Shown: in pieces, positions 59,787 to 60,130 of the stretch
Layout: each line of letters opens with the position of its first letter
How positions within the stretch are numbered: the first letter of the stretch is position 1
Source of the DNA: a virus
DNA length: 60,130 nt
Strand: one strand, 5' to 3'
IMG/VR virus record: IMGVR_UViG_3300006854_000005
The notes under the pieces: model-generated
The model's database searches: none
The model's input: only the letters and a program-made list of their open reading frames with translations
Told to the model about the DNA's origin: nothing
Translations under genes and position numbers: made by a program

Positions 59787-60088
59787 CTCGCTCTCCTTCC
59801 TCTCGGTACCGGATCCATGTCCGGCACCGTCGGTGCTGTCACGTAGTACCCACTCGCCGGCATCAAGCTCCTCGGCACGTTCGGTGTCGTCACGTCGCCA
59901 GCCTTGCTCAGCACCTCTCGCCCCGCATCGGTCACGACCCATAGCTTGCGACCGCGATCGTCGGTGTCGCGCCACTCGGCGAGACCGTGGCGGGCGAAGA
60001 ACTTGAGCTGTGCGCGCTGGACGAGCACATGCTGACCGGCCGCGACGAGACGGAGGCCGGCAATCTGGTGCGGGTGGAGTGGTGTCAC
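59783..60088 (-). CDS. hypothetical winged-helix-like protein, 101 aa
   Basis: Track ORF. Its GTG start lies inside the terminal repeat and overlaps the stop of the 25..516 gene in the circular form. Confidence 0.5.
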   Translation of the reverse strand: MTPLHPHQIAGLRLVAAGQHVLVQRAQLKFFARHGLAEWRDTDDRGRKLWVVTDAGREVLSKAGDVTTPNVPRSLMPASGYYVTAPTVPDMDPVPRGRRAR

Positions 60089-60130
60089 TTGCGGTCTCCT
60101 TGGAACAGCGGACCGTGGTCTCGGTAGACG
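60061..60130. repeat. Terminal direct repeat, copy 2
   Basis: Identical to nt 1-70. Confidence 0.95.

Larger units (their letters stand above)
1..60130. mobile_element. Complete temperate phage genome (unit length about 60,060 bp; contig closes on itself)
   Basis: Exact 70-nt repeat at both ends. The window carries integrase, CI/Cro switch, recombination, replication, packaging, head, tail and lysis-like genes. An ORF junction (GTGA) is restored when the ends are joined. Confidence 0.85.

Noticed and set aside
1-60130. Search for CRISPR arrays, reverse transcriptase/DGR template-variable repeat pairs, retron-like structures, transposase/IS ends, rRNA
   Set aside because: I saw no regularly spaced direct repeats longer than two copies, no YxDD reverse-transcriptase motif, no DDE/IS-type ORFs and no rRNA-like segments.

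Overview
The window is one complete, GC-rich temperate phage genome. The first 70 nt (1-70) are repeated exactly at 60061-60130, so the unit length is about 60,060 bp and the contig closes into a circle. Transcription falls into two arms that diverge from a cI/cro-like switch at about 7.7-8.4 kb. The leftward arm runs 8310 down to 25, continues across the circular junction from 60088 down to 51148, and carries a CI-like repressor, a YqaJ-like exonuclease, RecT, many small unknown ORFs, a tyrosine integrase, a tRNA-Leu(CAG) 3' fragment that looks like the attP core, and a block of ten unknown, often Cys-rich proteins. The rightward arm runs 8390 to 51151. It starts with Cro, followed by a nine-gene coupled early cassette (RNA ligase, HTH protein, nucleoside-deoxyribosyltransferase-fold protein, HPPC-motif protein, membrane peptide, DpdA-like transglycosylase, QueE). 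Next come a replication module (initiator with internal iterons, and DnaB split into N- and C-domain ORFs), RusA, small nin-like ORFs, and a repeat-rich gap. The arm ends with an HNH endonuclease, large terminase, portal, scaffold, major capsid, a T7-like tail and internal-core gene order, two enzymatic tail proteins, and holin/lipoprotein candidates. Most gene junctions are 4-nt ATGA/GTGA start-stop overlaps, which I used to trim the ORF-track starts. The most interesting items are: (1) the DpdA-like + QueE pair inside the larger coupled nucleic-acid modification/repair cassette; (2) a 1448-aa gp16-position internal virion protein with an R-S-E ADP-ribosyltransferase domain and a ParB-like domain; (3) two leaderless early promoters sharing a GCCAAGTC-N3-CTTGAC box; (4) the attP tRNA fragment with an uncharacterised gene block next to it; and (5) a reverse-strand lipoprotein moron inside the tail genes. 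No full tRNA, rRNA, CRISPR array or reverse transcriptase was seen. All functional calls rest on motifs read by eye and on gene order, because no database search could be run.
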